A stretch of DNA of 61,447 nucleotides, counting the filler. It is 4 parts of 4 records of this genome, joined end to end, with 100 filler letters (N's around TTAATTAATTAA, not from the genome) between each part and the next. Parts side by side here need not be neighbours in the genome. Positions count along the whole stretch, not along the records: positions 1 to 30,958 come from DRR723986_10723; 3 more parts are not named here. One strand, 5' to 3'. A model generated the notes under the pieces. It was not told the DNA's origin and ran no database searches. It worked only from the letters and a program-made list of their open reading frames with translations. Shown piece after piece: positions 10,678-18,777 of this stretch (positions within the stretch are counted from its first letter, which is position 1; every line of letters begins with the position of its first letter). The translations under genes and the position numbers were made by a program.

Positions 10678-11574
10678 TCAGGCGCTCTGTGTTTGCTTTT
10701 CTGCGGCTTTGCGTTTTTTGCGGGCAATTTGCTTGTCACGCATTTTCTTCATTTGACCCACGATAATGGCCTGATAGGTTTCCGGCAGGGTACGCACCAT
10801 TGCGTCCATTGCGACTGCGTCTGGGCCAACCAGCACGCGGCGCTTATTGCCCTTCACGGCCTTCAAAATAATGTCGGCTGCCTTTTCGGCGCTGGTAATG
10901 AAGAACTTCTCGAAGAATTCCTTGCCCTGTTCAGAGTCAGCACCTGTGAACTCTTCAATTTCAGGGGAGGCAACGCTTTTGCGGGCAATTGCTGTTTTAA
11001 TGCCGCCAGGGTGTACGCTGGTGGCAGACACGCCGCAGTTCATCATGTCCAGTTCCTGGCGCAGGCTTTCCGTGAAACCGCGCACAGCAAATTTGGTGGA
11101 GTTGTAGGTGCTTTGGGTAGGCTGTGCACACAGGCCAAACAGGCTGCTGGTGTTGATGATATGTCCTTCGCCCGATGCTTTCAGGTGTGGCAAGAATGCC
11201 TTGGTGCCGTACACTACGCCCCAGAAGTTGATGCCCATGATCCATTCAAACTTGTCGTAGTCGATGTGTTCAACCGGGGTTGCATAGGCCACGCCCGCAT
11301 TGTTGAAAATCAGGTTCACTTTGCCATGGTCTTTTGCGGTTTGGTCGGCCCAGGCGTACATCGCCTCACGGTTGGACACGTCCAGTTGCTGGCTGGTGAC
11401 CTTGACATTGGGTGCCGCGGCTTTGACCAGTTTCACGGTTTCGGCCAGGCCTTTGGTGTCAACATCGGAGATGGACACGTGGCAGCCTTCTTTGGCCAGT
11501 TGAAGTGCCAGAGTGCGGCCCATGCCTGAGGCTGCGCCTGTGATTGCGGCAACCTTGCCGTTGAATGATTTCAT
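10678..11574 (-). CDS. Classical short-chain dehydrogenase/reductase
   Basis: TGAASGMG, FNNAGV, NTSS, YNSTK (YxxxK), HPGGIKT. Confidence 0.95.
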   Translation of the reverse strand: MKSFNGKVAAITGAASGMGRTLALQLAKEGCHVSISDVDTKGLAETVKLVKAAAPNVKVTSQQLDVSNREAMYAWADQTAKDHGKVNLIFNNAGVAYATPVEHIDYDKFEWIMGINFWGVVYGTKAFLPHLKASGEGHIINTSSLFGLCAQPTQSTYNSTKFAVRGFTESLRQELDMMNCGVSATSVHPGGIKTAIARKSVASPEIEEFTGADSEQGKEFFEKFFITSAEKAADIILKAVKGNKRRVLVGPDAVAMDAMVRTLPETYQAIIVGQMKKMRDKQIARKKRKAAEKQTQSA

Positions 11575-11610
11575 GTGTCGGTCTCCAATGTACTGTGTTG
11601 TAGCTGTAAT

Positions 11611-11630
11611 TTGACAATCGTGGTTGTCAA
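11611..11630. promoter_or_regulatory. Putative TetR operator between the divergent SDR and TetR genes
   Basis: Perfect palindrome TTGACAA-TCGTGG-TTGTCAA, with an extra half-site CTGTCAA at 11651-11657. Confidence 0.7.
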
Positions 11631-11686
11631 TTTAATGTTGGGCCTGCATACTGTCAATGCCTATTTTTTGAGTATATCTTCCAATT

Positions 11687-12355
11687 ATGAATGCGAAAGC
11701 ACCGGAGCAAATTGCCAAAGCCGCAGGGCGTCGTTACCGTGGGGTGTCCAATGAGACCCGCAAGGCCGAGCGACGGCTCAAGTTGATTGAAGCCGGCATC
11801 AAGGTGTTCGGCTCGACCGGTTATCACGCTGCCACGGTGAAAGGCTTGTGCCAGGAGGCCGGGCTGACTGAGCGATACTTTTACGAAAGTTTCAGCAACG
11901 CAGAGGCTTTGTTCACCGCCTGCTACCTGCACATTACCGACACCTTGCGCGAGAAGTTGCAGAAGGTGTTGTTGGGTATGGAAGACGACAACCTGGAGCA
12001 GGCCACCCGCACAGGTTTGACCGTGTTTTTCAGCCAGTTCAAGGAAAGTCCGCAGGCCGCCCGAATTTTGTTGGTCGAGGTGTTGACGGTAAACCGGCAC
12101 TTGGAAGAATTGAGCTTGAAAACTTTGTACAGCTTTGTGGAAATGCTGGAAACACTGGCCAAACCCCTGATTGAACAGAGAAAGGACGGCGCAGTGAAAG
12201 GCCTGGATTCCACTTTGTTGGCCTCGGGCCTGGTGGGGTCCGTGCTTTACATGGCTGCCCGTTGGAGCTTGGACGGCTGCAAAAAACCTGTAGAAGATGT
12301 GGTGGAAAACGCCATGCTGATATTTCGTGGCGTGGGCATGCTGCTGACAGAATAA
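11687..12355 (+). CDS. TetR/AcrR family transcriptional regulator
   Basis: RRYRGVS...RRLKLIEAG..VFG..GYHAATVKGLCQEAGLTERYFYESF helix-turn-helix. Confidence 0.95.
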   Translation: MNAKAPEQIAKAAGRRYRGVSNETRKAERRLKLIEAGIKVFGSTGYHAATVKGLCQEAGLTERYFYESFSNAEALFTACYLHITDTLREKLQKVLLGMEDDNLEQATRTGLTVFFSQFKESPQAARILLVEVLTVNRHLEELSLKTLYSFVEMLETLAKPLIEQRKDGAVKGLDSTLLASGLVGSVLYMAARWSLDGCKKPVEDVVENAMLIFRGVGMLLTE

Positions 12356-12382
12356 AAAAACCCGCCTGGTGGCGGGTTTTTT
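12355..12382. terminator. Bidirectional intrinsic terminator
   Basis: AAAAAACCCGCC-TGGT-GGCGGGTTTTTT between convergent genes. Confidence 0.92.
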
Positions 12383-12406
12383 GAGACCAGGGTGGTTCCC
12401 CCCAAT

Positions 12407-12958
12407 TTACTTGGCGGCCTCGGCAGCTTGCTCAGCGGCCGGTGCTTCGGCAGCAGGTGCAGCTGGCTCGGGTGCCACGAAATCGGCGCCCACTTGTTTG
12501 CCCATGTAGGCCACCGCGCGAGCCACTTCGATGTCGTCAAGGTCAGAATTGCCGCCTTTGGCTGGCATGGCGCCAATGCCATTCACTGCGTTTTGCCAGA
12601 GTGTGTCAAAGCCTTTGCTCAGGCGGGCTGACCATTGACCTTGATCACCTGTTTTTGGCGCACCGGCTGCACCCGCAGTGTGGCAGGCCGCACAAGCTGC
12701 CGCATACACCTGTTCGCCAGTTTTCAATACTTTCGGTGCGTTGGCATCCACAAAGTCAACGGTGCCCACTGGTGCCAGGCGCGCGGCGATTGATTCTTCT
12801 GAAAACGCATTGCTGCCAGCGGCTGGCTTTTCGCTGCTGCTGACGTAATAAGCCAGCAAAATAATGACGAAAATCGGGATGACAAACGCCGCAATCACTG
12901 CATAGATGAGTTGTTTGGGTGTCTTGATTAGAAGTTCGTGTTCGTTTGAATCGCTCAT
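12407..12958 (-). CDS. Cytochrome c5 family protein
   Basis: N-terminal TM helix, CAACH heme motif, GAAGAP, GIGAMPAKGG. Confidence 0.95.
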   Translation of the reverse strand: MSDSNEHELLIKTPKQLIYAVIAAFVIPIFVIILLAYYVSSSEKPAAGSNAFSEESIAARLAPVGTVDFVDANAPKVLKTGEQVYAAACAACHTAGAAGAPKTGDQGQWSARLSKGFDTLWQNAVNGIGAMPAKGGNSDLDDIEVARAVAYMGKQVGADFVAPEPAAPAAEAPAAEQAAEAAK

Positions 12959-13160
12959 ACGACGTCCTGATTGAAAGCGCTGGTTGAAACGTAATTATTA
13001 GGGCTGCACAATACTGGCTGACAAACGCCGATGGACGCGCCTGTGGACGTGCCCGATTGATGTTTAGGCCTTGCGGCATGTACGCAGCATCAAAACAACT
13101 GTAAATTGTATCTTGAAAAATGCTTTAAACCCAAATATTTATTGCTGAAAATGCAAGCCT

Positions 13161-13742
13161 GTGCTGCAGAGGGATGAGATTTTGAAGAGTGCATTGAGCG
13201 AAAACCATCGTTATGGTTTGCCCATGGTGGTTATTCACTGGTTAATGGCGGTGGGCATTTTGACGGCATTTGGCATGGGTTTGTACATGGTGGACATTCC
13301 CGGTATTACCCCGTTCAAGCTCAAACTGTTCAATTGGCACAAGTGGTTGGGTGTGACCTTGTTTGCCCTGGTGTTGCTGCGCATGGTGGTTCGAATGTCG
13401 TCGAAAACCCCCAAGTACCCGGCGCATTGGGGACACAACACGGTTCTGTTGGCCAAGTTGGGGCATTTGGCGCTGTATCTGTTCATGTTGGGCGTGCCGG
13501 TGTTTGGTTACCTGTATAGCCTGGCCTCGGGTTACCCGGTGGTGTGGTTTGGCGTCATTGAGCTGCCGGCACTGATTGAAAAAAATGCAGAATTGAAAGA
13601 GTTGTTTAAAATCCTGCATGAACTTTCAGGCAAAGGTTTGGTCTTGTTGGTGTTGGGCCATGTGTTGATGGCCTTGAAGCACCACATTCTGGACCGCGAC
13701 GGTATTTTGGGCCGCATGATCCCCGGAATGCGAGCTGACTAA
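13161..13742 (+). CDS. Cytochrome b561 (YceJ-like)
   Basis: IHWLMA, NWHKWLG, GHLALY, LHE, GHVLMALKHH in four TM helices. Start uncertain. Confidence 0.92.
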   Translation: MLQRDEILKSALSENHRYGLPMVVIHWLMAVGILTAFGMGLYMVDIPGITPFKLKLFNWHKWLGVTLFALVLLRMVVRMSSKTPKYPAHWGHNTVLLAKLGHLALYLFMLGVPVFGYLYSLASGYPVVWFGVIELPALIEKNAELKELFKILHELSGKGLVLLVLGHVLMALKHHILDRDGILGRMIPGMRAD

Positions 13743-13788
13743 TTTTTCGATCAATTGCCGATTGTTTTCAAGTTCTACAGGATTCACC

Positions 13789-14346
13789 ATGACATACCCA
13801 TTCGCCAAGGCGTTGACAGGCCTGGCATTCTCAGTTTGCAGCATGTCCGCCCTGGCCGCACCCATTGATGCGACACAAAGTGAAGTCAGGGCGACATTCA
13901 AACAGTTCAATGTGCCAGTGAGTGGCAATTTCAAGAAATTTGCGGGTGATGTGCAGTACGACCCAACCAAGCCAGCCGACACCAAAGCCACCCTCAGCGT
14001 AGATACTGCCAGTTATGATCTGGGCGACCCCGAGTACAACAAGGAGGTTGCAGGAAAAGACTGGTTTGACTCAAAAAATCACCCCAAAGCGACTTTTGTG
14101 ATCACCGGTGTAACCGGCAGTGGTAACAATTTGCAGGCCACTGGTGATTTGACGATTCGCGGCATCAAAAAGCCGTTGAAGTTTCCTGTGAAAATTCAAA
14201 CAGCGGGTGGCAAACACACTTTCACCGGCAAAACCCAGATCAAGCGCCTGGAGTACAAAGTGGGAGCAGATGGCGAGTGGGGTGACACCAGCCTGGTGGC
14301 CGATGAAGTGGTGATCGATTTTAAATTGGTGGCGCCTGTCAAATGA
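13789..14346 (+). CDS. YceI family polyisoprenoid-binding periplasmic protein
   Basis: Signal peptide, SEVRATFKQFNVPVSGNF, WFDSKNHPKATF, GDLTIRG. Confidence 0.92.
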   Translation: MTYPFAKALTGLAFSVCSMSALAAPIDATQSEVRATFKQFNVPVSGNFKKFAGDVQYDPTKPADTKATLSVDTASYDLGDPEYNKEVAGKDWFDSKNHPKATFVITGVTGSGNNLQATGDLTIRGIKKPLKFPVKIQTAGGKHTFTGKTQIKRLEYKVGADGEWGDTSLVADEVVIDFKLVAPVK

Positions 14347-14389
14347 GCAGACACACCGTGTAATACACAGCAACAACAAGGAGTTAGGG

Positions 14390-14983
14390 ATGTTCAAGCA
14401 AGTAACAAAAACAATGTTGGGCGGCGCAGTTGCACTGGGCATGTTCGGTGCGGCCCATGCGGCGGTGGACACTTACATCATCGATCCAAGCCACACTTTC
14501 CCGTCATTTGAGGCAGACCACATGGGCGGGCTTTCGCTGTGGCGCGGCCAGTTTGAAAAAACCAAGGGCATGGTGACTTTGGACCGTGCCAACAAAACCG
14601 GTACCGTGGACATTGAAATTGATGCGGCCAGCCTTGATTTTGGCCATGGCAAGATGAACGAGCATGCCAAGGATGTGGACATGTTTGATGTAGAAGCCCA
14701 CCCCACGATTACTTACAAAGCCAGCAAAATGCGTTTTGAGGGTGACAAACCCGTGGAAGTATTGGGCGACCTGACCCTGAAAGGAATCACCAAGCCTGTG
14801 CCGTTGAAGATCAATACTTTCAAATGCATTATGCACCCCATGAAAAAAGCGGAAGTGTGTGGTGCTGATGCGGTGGCTGAATTCAAGCGCACTGACTTCG
14901 ACTTGGGTTACGCCGTAGACCGTGGCTTTTTCCCAGAGGTAAAAGTGCTGATCACCATTGAAGCAGTGAAGCAGCCCAAGTAA
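14390..14983 (+). CDS. YceI family protein (second copy)
   Basis: AAGGAG RBS, signal peptide AHA, YIIDPSHT, HMGGLS..RGQF, GDLTLKGITKPV, KRTDF. Confidence 0.94.
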   Translation: MFKQVTKTMLGGAVALGMFGAAHAAVDTYIIDPSHTFPSFEADHMGGLSLWRGQFEKTKGMVTLDRANKTGTVDIEIDAASLDFGHGKMNEHAKDVDMFDVEAHPTITYKASKMRFEGDKPVEVLGDLTLKGITKPVPLKINTFKCIMHPMKKAEVCGADAVAEFKRTDFDLGYAVDRGFFPEVKVLITIEAVKQPK

Positions 14984-14998
14984 ATGATGACGAAATAG

Positions 14999-15034
14999 AA
15001 AAAGGCCGGTGATTATAAAATCACCGGCCTTTTT
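14999..15034. terminator. Bidirectional intrinsic terminator
   Basis: AAAAAGGCCGGTGATT-ATAA-AATCACCGGCCTTTTT between convergent genes. Confidence 0.93.
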
Positions 15035-15048
15035 ATTTGCCGCGGAAC

Positions 15049-16047
15049 TTACTTGCTGTCTGCGGCGTTTTCAAGTTTGCTGTGTGCTGTGTCGCCCCGT
15101 GTTTTCCACAGCGAGAACACCACACCACCAGCAATCAGGCCCAAAGTCACGCTGAGGGAGAAGGCTGGGGGGAATTTGCCAATGAAGTTCACCAGGAAAA
15201 TTTTGCTGCCGATGAACACCAGCACCATCGCCAAGGCGTACTTCAGGTAGTGGAAGCGGTGAATCATGGCGGCCAATGCGAAGTACAAGGCACGCAAACC
15301 CAGAATCGCGAAAATGTTGCTGGTGTACACAATGAACGGATCGGTGGTGATCGCAAAAATTGCGGGCACGGAATCAACCGCGAAAATCAGGTCGACGAAC
15401 TCAATCAGGATCAAGGCAAGCAGCAAGGGCGTGGCAAAGCGAACCACCTTGCCCGTTTTGGGGTCAGGTTCGTTGACCACGAACGCATTGCCACGCAGGC
15501 CATCGGTGATGCGCATGCGCTTGCGCAAGAACTTCAGAATTGGGTTGTTTTCAATGTCTGGTTCGCTGTCGGCCATGAACCACATCTTGATACCAGTAAT
15601 TACCAGGAAGGCACCGAACAGGTAAAGCACCCAACTGAATTCTTTCACCAGCGCAGCACCCAAGCCAATCATGATGGCGCGCAGCACGATCACGCCCAAA
15701 ATACCCCAGAACAACACGCGGTGCTGATACTGACGGGGAATGGCGAAGAACGAGAAGATCATGGCGATGACAAACACGTTGTCCATCGACAAAGATTTTT
15801 CAATCGCGAAACCGGTGAAATAGTTCATGCCGCTTTCCGAGCCCAGGTAATACCACACCCAGGCACCGAACAAACAGGCTGCGGTGATGTAGCCACCCGA
15901 GAGCAGCAAACTTTCCTTGACCCCAATTTCGTGGTCATCTTTGTGCAGCACGCCGAGGTCGAAGGCGAGCAGCGCAACCACAATACCGACAAACAACAGC
16001 CAAATCCATGCGGCTGTGCCGAGAAAGTCGGTGTGCATGAATTCCAT
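15049..16047 (-). CDS. TerC/Alx family integral membrane protein
   Basis: IEKSLSMDNVFV, QHRVLFWGILG, DLIFAVDSVPA, TSNIFAILGLRALYF. Confidence 0.95.
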   Translation of the reverse strand: MEFMHTDFLGTAAWIWLLFVGIVVALLAFDLGVLHKDDHEIGVKESLLLSGGYITAACLFGAWVWYYLGSESGMNYFTGFAIEKSLSMDNVFVIAMIFSFFAIPRQYQHRVLFWGILGVIVLRAIMIGLGAALVKEFSWVLYLFGAFLVITGIKMWFMADSEPDIENNPILKFLRKRMRITDGLRGNAFVVNEPDPKTGKVVRFATPLLLALILIEFVDLIFAVDSVPAIFAITTDPFIVYTSNIFAILGLRALYFALAAMIHRFHYLKYALAMVLVFIGSKIFLVNFIGKFPPAFSLSVTLGLIAGGVVFSLWKTRGDTAHSKLENAADSK

Positions 16048-16115
16048 TAAAACGTCCACTTTGATACTCCATGAGGTTTGAATTAAACACGGCGCCATGG
16101 TGTACCAGTTGTGAT

Positions 16116-16163
16116 TTCGAAAAAACCAGTATTTAATGAAGTATTGCTTCGGTTTTTACGAAG
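16116..16163. promoter_or_regulatory. Putative LysR (NhaR-type) binding sites
   Basis: CTTCG-GTTTTTA-CGAAG at 16147-16163 (contains T-N11-A), plus a degenerate copy TTCG-AAAAAAC-CAGT at 16116-16130. Confidence 0.6.
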
Positions 16164-16182
16164 TTGATTTGTGGAATGCGGA

Positions 16183-17067
16183 ATGAGCTTGAATTATCGT
16201 CACTTGCATTACTTTTGGATGGTGGCCAAAGAAGGCGGTTTTGCGCGTGCTGCTGAGCGCATGGACATGGCCATTCAAACCATCAGCGCGCAAGTGCGCG
16301 AACTTGAAAAAGATTTGGGGCACCAGTTGCTAAAGCCGGATGGGCGTGGCGTGGCATTGACTGAAGCCGGGCAGGTGGCCTTTGCCAAAGCCGAGGAAAT
16401 TTTTCAGCTGGGCCAAAGCCTGCCGGAGTTGGTACGGGCGGTGGCCAGCAAACCGGTGAGGCGCTTCAGGGTGGGTTTGTGCGATGGCATCTCGAAACTG
16501 GCGGTGCATGCTTTGTTGAAACCAGTACTGGGCATAGAGGACTTGCACCTGACCTGCCATGAAGGCGAACCCGAGCAGTTGTTGGCGGAGTTGGCGTTGC
16601 TTCACCTTGATTTTGTGTTTGCCGGGCAGCCTCCGCCCGCCAACCCCAACTTGCGTATGCAAAGCCGTTTGTTGAACACCACAACAGTGGATTGGTTTGG
16701 CGCTTCGAGATGGGTAAAGAAAGGCAGTGTGAGCCATTTTCCGCAATGCCTGGCTGAGTTGCCTGTGCTGTTGCCCACCGGCCACTCCCGTTTGCGCGTG
16801 GATTTGAACCACTGGTTTGAACAGCAGGGGATTGTGCCCCATGTGGTGGGCGAATTTGAGGACAGTGCCTTGATGTCGGTGTTTGCAGCCCGCGGACTGG
16901 GTGTATTTCCAGTGAGTCGCCTAGGTGTGTATGACACTGGAACTTTAAGTGGTTTGCGCTTGTTAGGGCAATGCCCGGATTTGCACGAGGAGATTCATGG
17001 TGTGTGGAACGTGAAAGGAATCGACCACCCCTTGGTGGTCGAATTACTGAATGGGTTAAACGACTAA
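16183..17067 (+). CDS. LysR family regulator, NhaR-like
   Basis: LNYRHLHYFW.VAKEGG..RAAE, VGLCDGISK, VGEFEDSALM..F. Divergent from terC. Confidence 0.92.
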   Translation: MSLNYRHLHYFWMVAKEGGFARAAERMDMAIQTISAQVRELEKDLGHQLLKPDGRGVALTEAGQVAFAKAEEIFQLGQSLPELVRAVASKPVRRFRVGLCDGISKLAVHALLKPVLGIEDLHLTCHEGEPEQLLAELALLHLDFVFAGQPPPANPNLRMQSRLLNTTTVDWFGASRWVKKGSVSHFPQCLAELPVLLPTGHSRLRVDLNHWFEQQGIVPHVVGEFEDSALMSVFAARGLGVFPVSRLGVYDTGTLSGLRLLGQCPDLHEEIHGVWNVKGIDHPLVVELLNGLND

Positions 17068-17095
17068 CCGACGGCTTGATTGAAGAACTGCCCTG

Positions 17096-17692
17096 TCAGG
17101 CCGCAGCCACTGCGGCTTCAATTTCAGCAAAGGTACTGGCCTTCACCGGGTCCATGACCGGGATACCCATTTGTCGTGCAATTTGTGTGGAGGAGAATAA
17201 ACCCACCACGCGCATTTTGCCTGAGCGGTTGTCCACCACCAGTGCATGTTGGCGGTTGTGTTCACGCAGTGTGGCAATGATATGGCCCACCTCGGCGCGC
17301 GACACCGCGCCAAACTCCAGAAACTCGAGGTCGGGCAGTTTCACCATCACATCGTTTACAGTCAGTTCGGGCACATTGCGATTGCTGGATGAGGCCTCCT
17401 TGATTGCGCGTTCCCCAGCCAGGTCGTTGGCGGTGAGCAAGCCTTGAAGGTGGCCTTGTTCATTGCGAACGAACAGCAGTTTGACGCCACACACAATCAT
17501 GGTGGTGCGGGCTTGCTCAAGTGTTTCAGAGCCGGAAATACTCACGGGGTGTACGCGCCGAAGGTCTGTCATGGCATCGAAGGCTGGTGAATCGGCCGTC
17601 AGCTTCAAAGGTCGGCTGGGGTCGCTCACCGTGATGGTTTCAGTGGCGCTGGCGTTAATGTGTTCGAGTGCTTGGTAGTGTTGTCTGATCAT
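17096..17692 (-). CDS. CBS domain-containing protein
   Basis: DSPAFDAMTDL, GLLTANDL, LTVNDVM, QHALVVD, GLFSSTQIARQMG. RBS AAGGG before ATG 17692. Confidence 0.88.
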   Translation of the reverse strand: MIRQHYQALEHINASATETITVSDPSRPLKLTADSPAFDAMTDLRRVHPVSISGSETLEQARTTMIVCGVKLLFVRNEQGHLQGLLTANDLAGERAIKEASSSNRNVPELTVNDVMVKLPDLEFLEFGAVSRAEVGHIIATLREHNRQHALVVDNRSGKMRVVGLFSSTQIARQMGIPVMDPVKASTFAEIEAAVAAA

Positions 17693-17966
17693 GTTGAAAC
17701 CCTTTTTTGACACACAGTCTTGTAGCATCCGCTGGTTTGGGGCCAGCGGGCGAATTTGCAGGACGGACCGCATGCAAAAGGGTACAGGCACAAGGGTTTG
17801 TTGCCTTGTGTCGTGGCAGTGCAAGCACCGTCCACTCAAAATTCAGTCTACGCTGCTGGCGAAAAGTTTCAAGTCAGTAAAAGCCCGGAGGACACAATCG
17901 AACACCTGCCTTTTCCGTGGATGAAACAGCTCAAGTTTTACCCATTGCGGTTCAGCCTCGTCGGGC

Positions 17967-18692
17967 TTACTTCAGGGGCGTGCCCAGGGCGTAGGGCAGC
18001 AGGTTCATGACTTCTTTGCTGACACCCATGGCCAGGTGGGGTGTGTCGATTTCGATGTGTTCAACATTGGGGCTGAAGCGGTCGATACAGGCTTGCCAAC
18101 TCACGATGGAGTCTTTCTTGCAATACAGCGCAACAATAGGACACACAATCGGATGCTCGAAGCGTTTGAGCGTGCTGTTCTCAATCGATTCCACGTCGAG
18201 TCCACGAATGTCATACAGCGCTTTGACCGCCGTGTACTTGGGCCCGCCAATCACCGGGCTGCCAATGGTGACGATGCGGCTCACGTTTTGCTGAACCTCG
18301 CGTGCAGCTTCGCGAGCCAGGTAGCCACCCAAGCTCCAGCCCAGCAGTTTGATCGGGGCTTGAGCCTGCTCGGAATGTTCCTTGATGTCGGCAATCACCT
18401 GTGGAAGCAGTTTGCCCACTTCACCGTGATTGAAACCGGCAGACCAGTGCACGGCCTTGTAGCCCAGTGAGTCCAGGTAGCGTTTGATGAAGGTCATGCT
18501 GCTGGAACTGGCTCCGAAGCCGGGCAACAGCAATACGGTTTGACCCTGCCCCACATTTTTTCGGGCAAGAAAACGCCAGCCCACGGCGAGTTTGGCTGCT
18601 TCAAATGGTGTTTTGGCCTCGCCCAACAACAGGCTGAGTTTGGGCTTGCCAATTGAATTGCCGTAACGTTTCTGGAATTCTGCTTTGTTCAT
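17967..18692 (-). CDS. Alpha/beta hydrolase (esterase/lipase, PGAP1-like)
   Basis: LLPGF oxyanion motif, GWSLGG nucleophile elbow, DSIV, PHLAM. Confidence 0.9.
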   Translation of the reverse strand: MNKAEFQKRYGNSIGKPKLSLLLGEAKTPFEAAKLAVGWRFLARKNVGQGQTVLLLPGFGASSSSMTFIKRYLDSLGYKAVHWSAGFNHGEVGKLLPQVIADIKEHSEQAQAPIKLLGWSLGGYLAREAAREVQQNVSRIVTIGSPVIGGPKYTAVKALYDIRGLDVESIENSTLKRFEHPIVCPIVALYCKKDSIVSWQACIDRFSPNVEHIEIDTPHLAMGVSKEVMNLLPYALGTPLK

Positions 18693-18777
18693 GGGGTGTT
18701 ACAAGGTTGTGCACACCCGAGAAAATACGGCAAGGCGGGGCTGCGCACAAAGAGTAAATCCTCTAGTGGTGCGCGTT

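Noticed and set aside
12959-13160. Possible tRNA beside the cytochrome c5 gene
   Set aside because: No cloverleaf, T-loop GTTCRA or CCA end found on either strand.
15037-16050. 337-aa plus-strand ORF
   Set aside because: Antisense shadow of terC.
16048-16182. yybP-ykoY (Mn2+) riboswitch upstream of terC
   Set aside because: Spacer is short, AT-rich and occupied by LysR-type sites; no matching structure seen.
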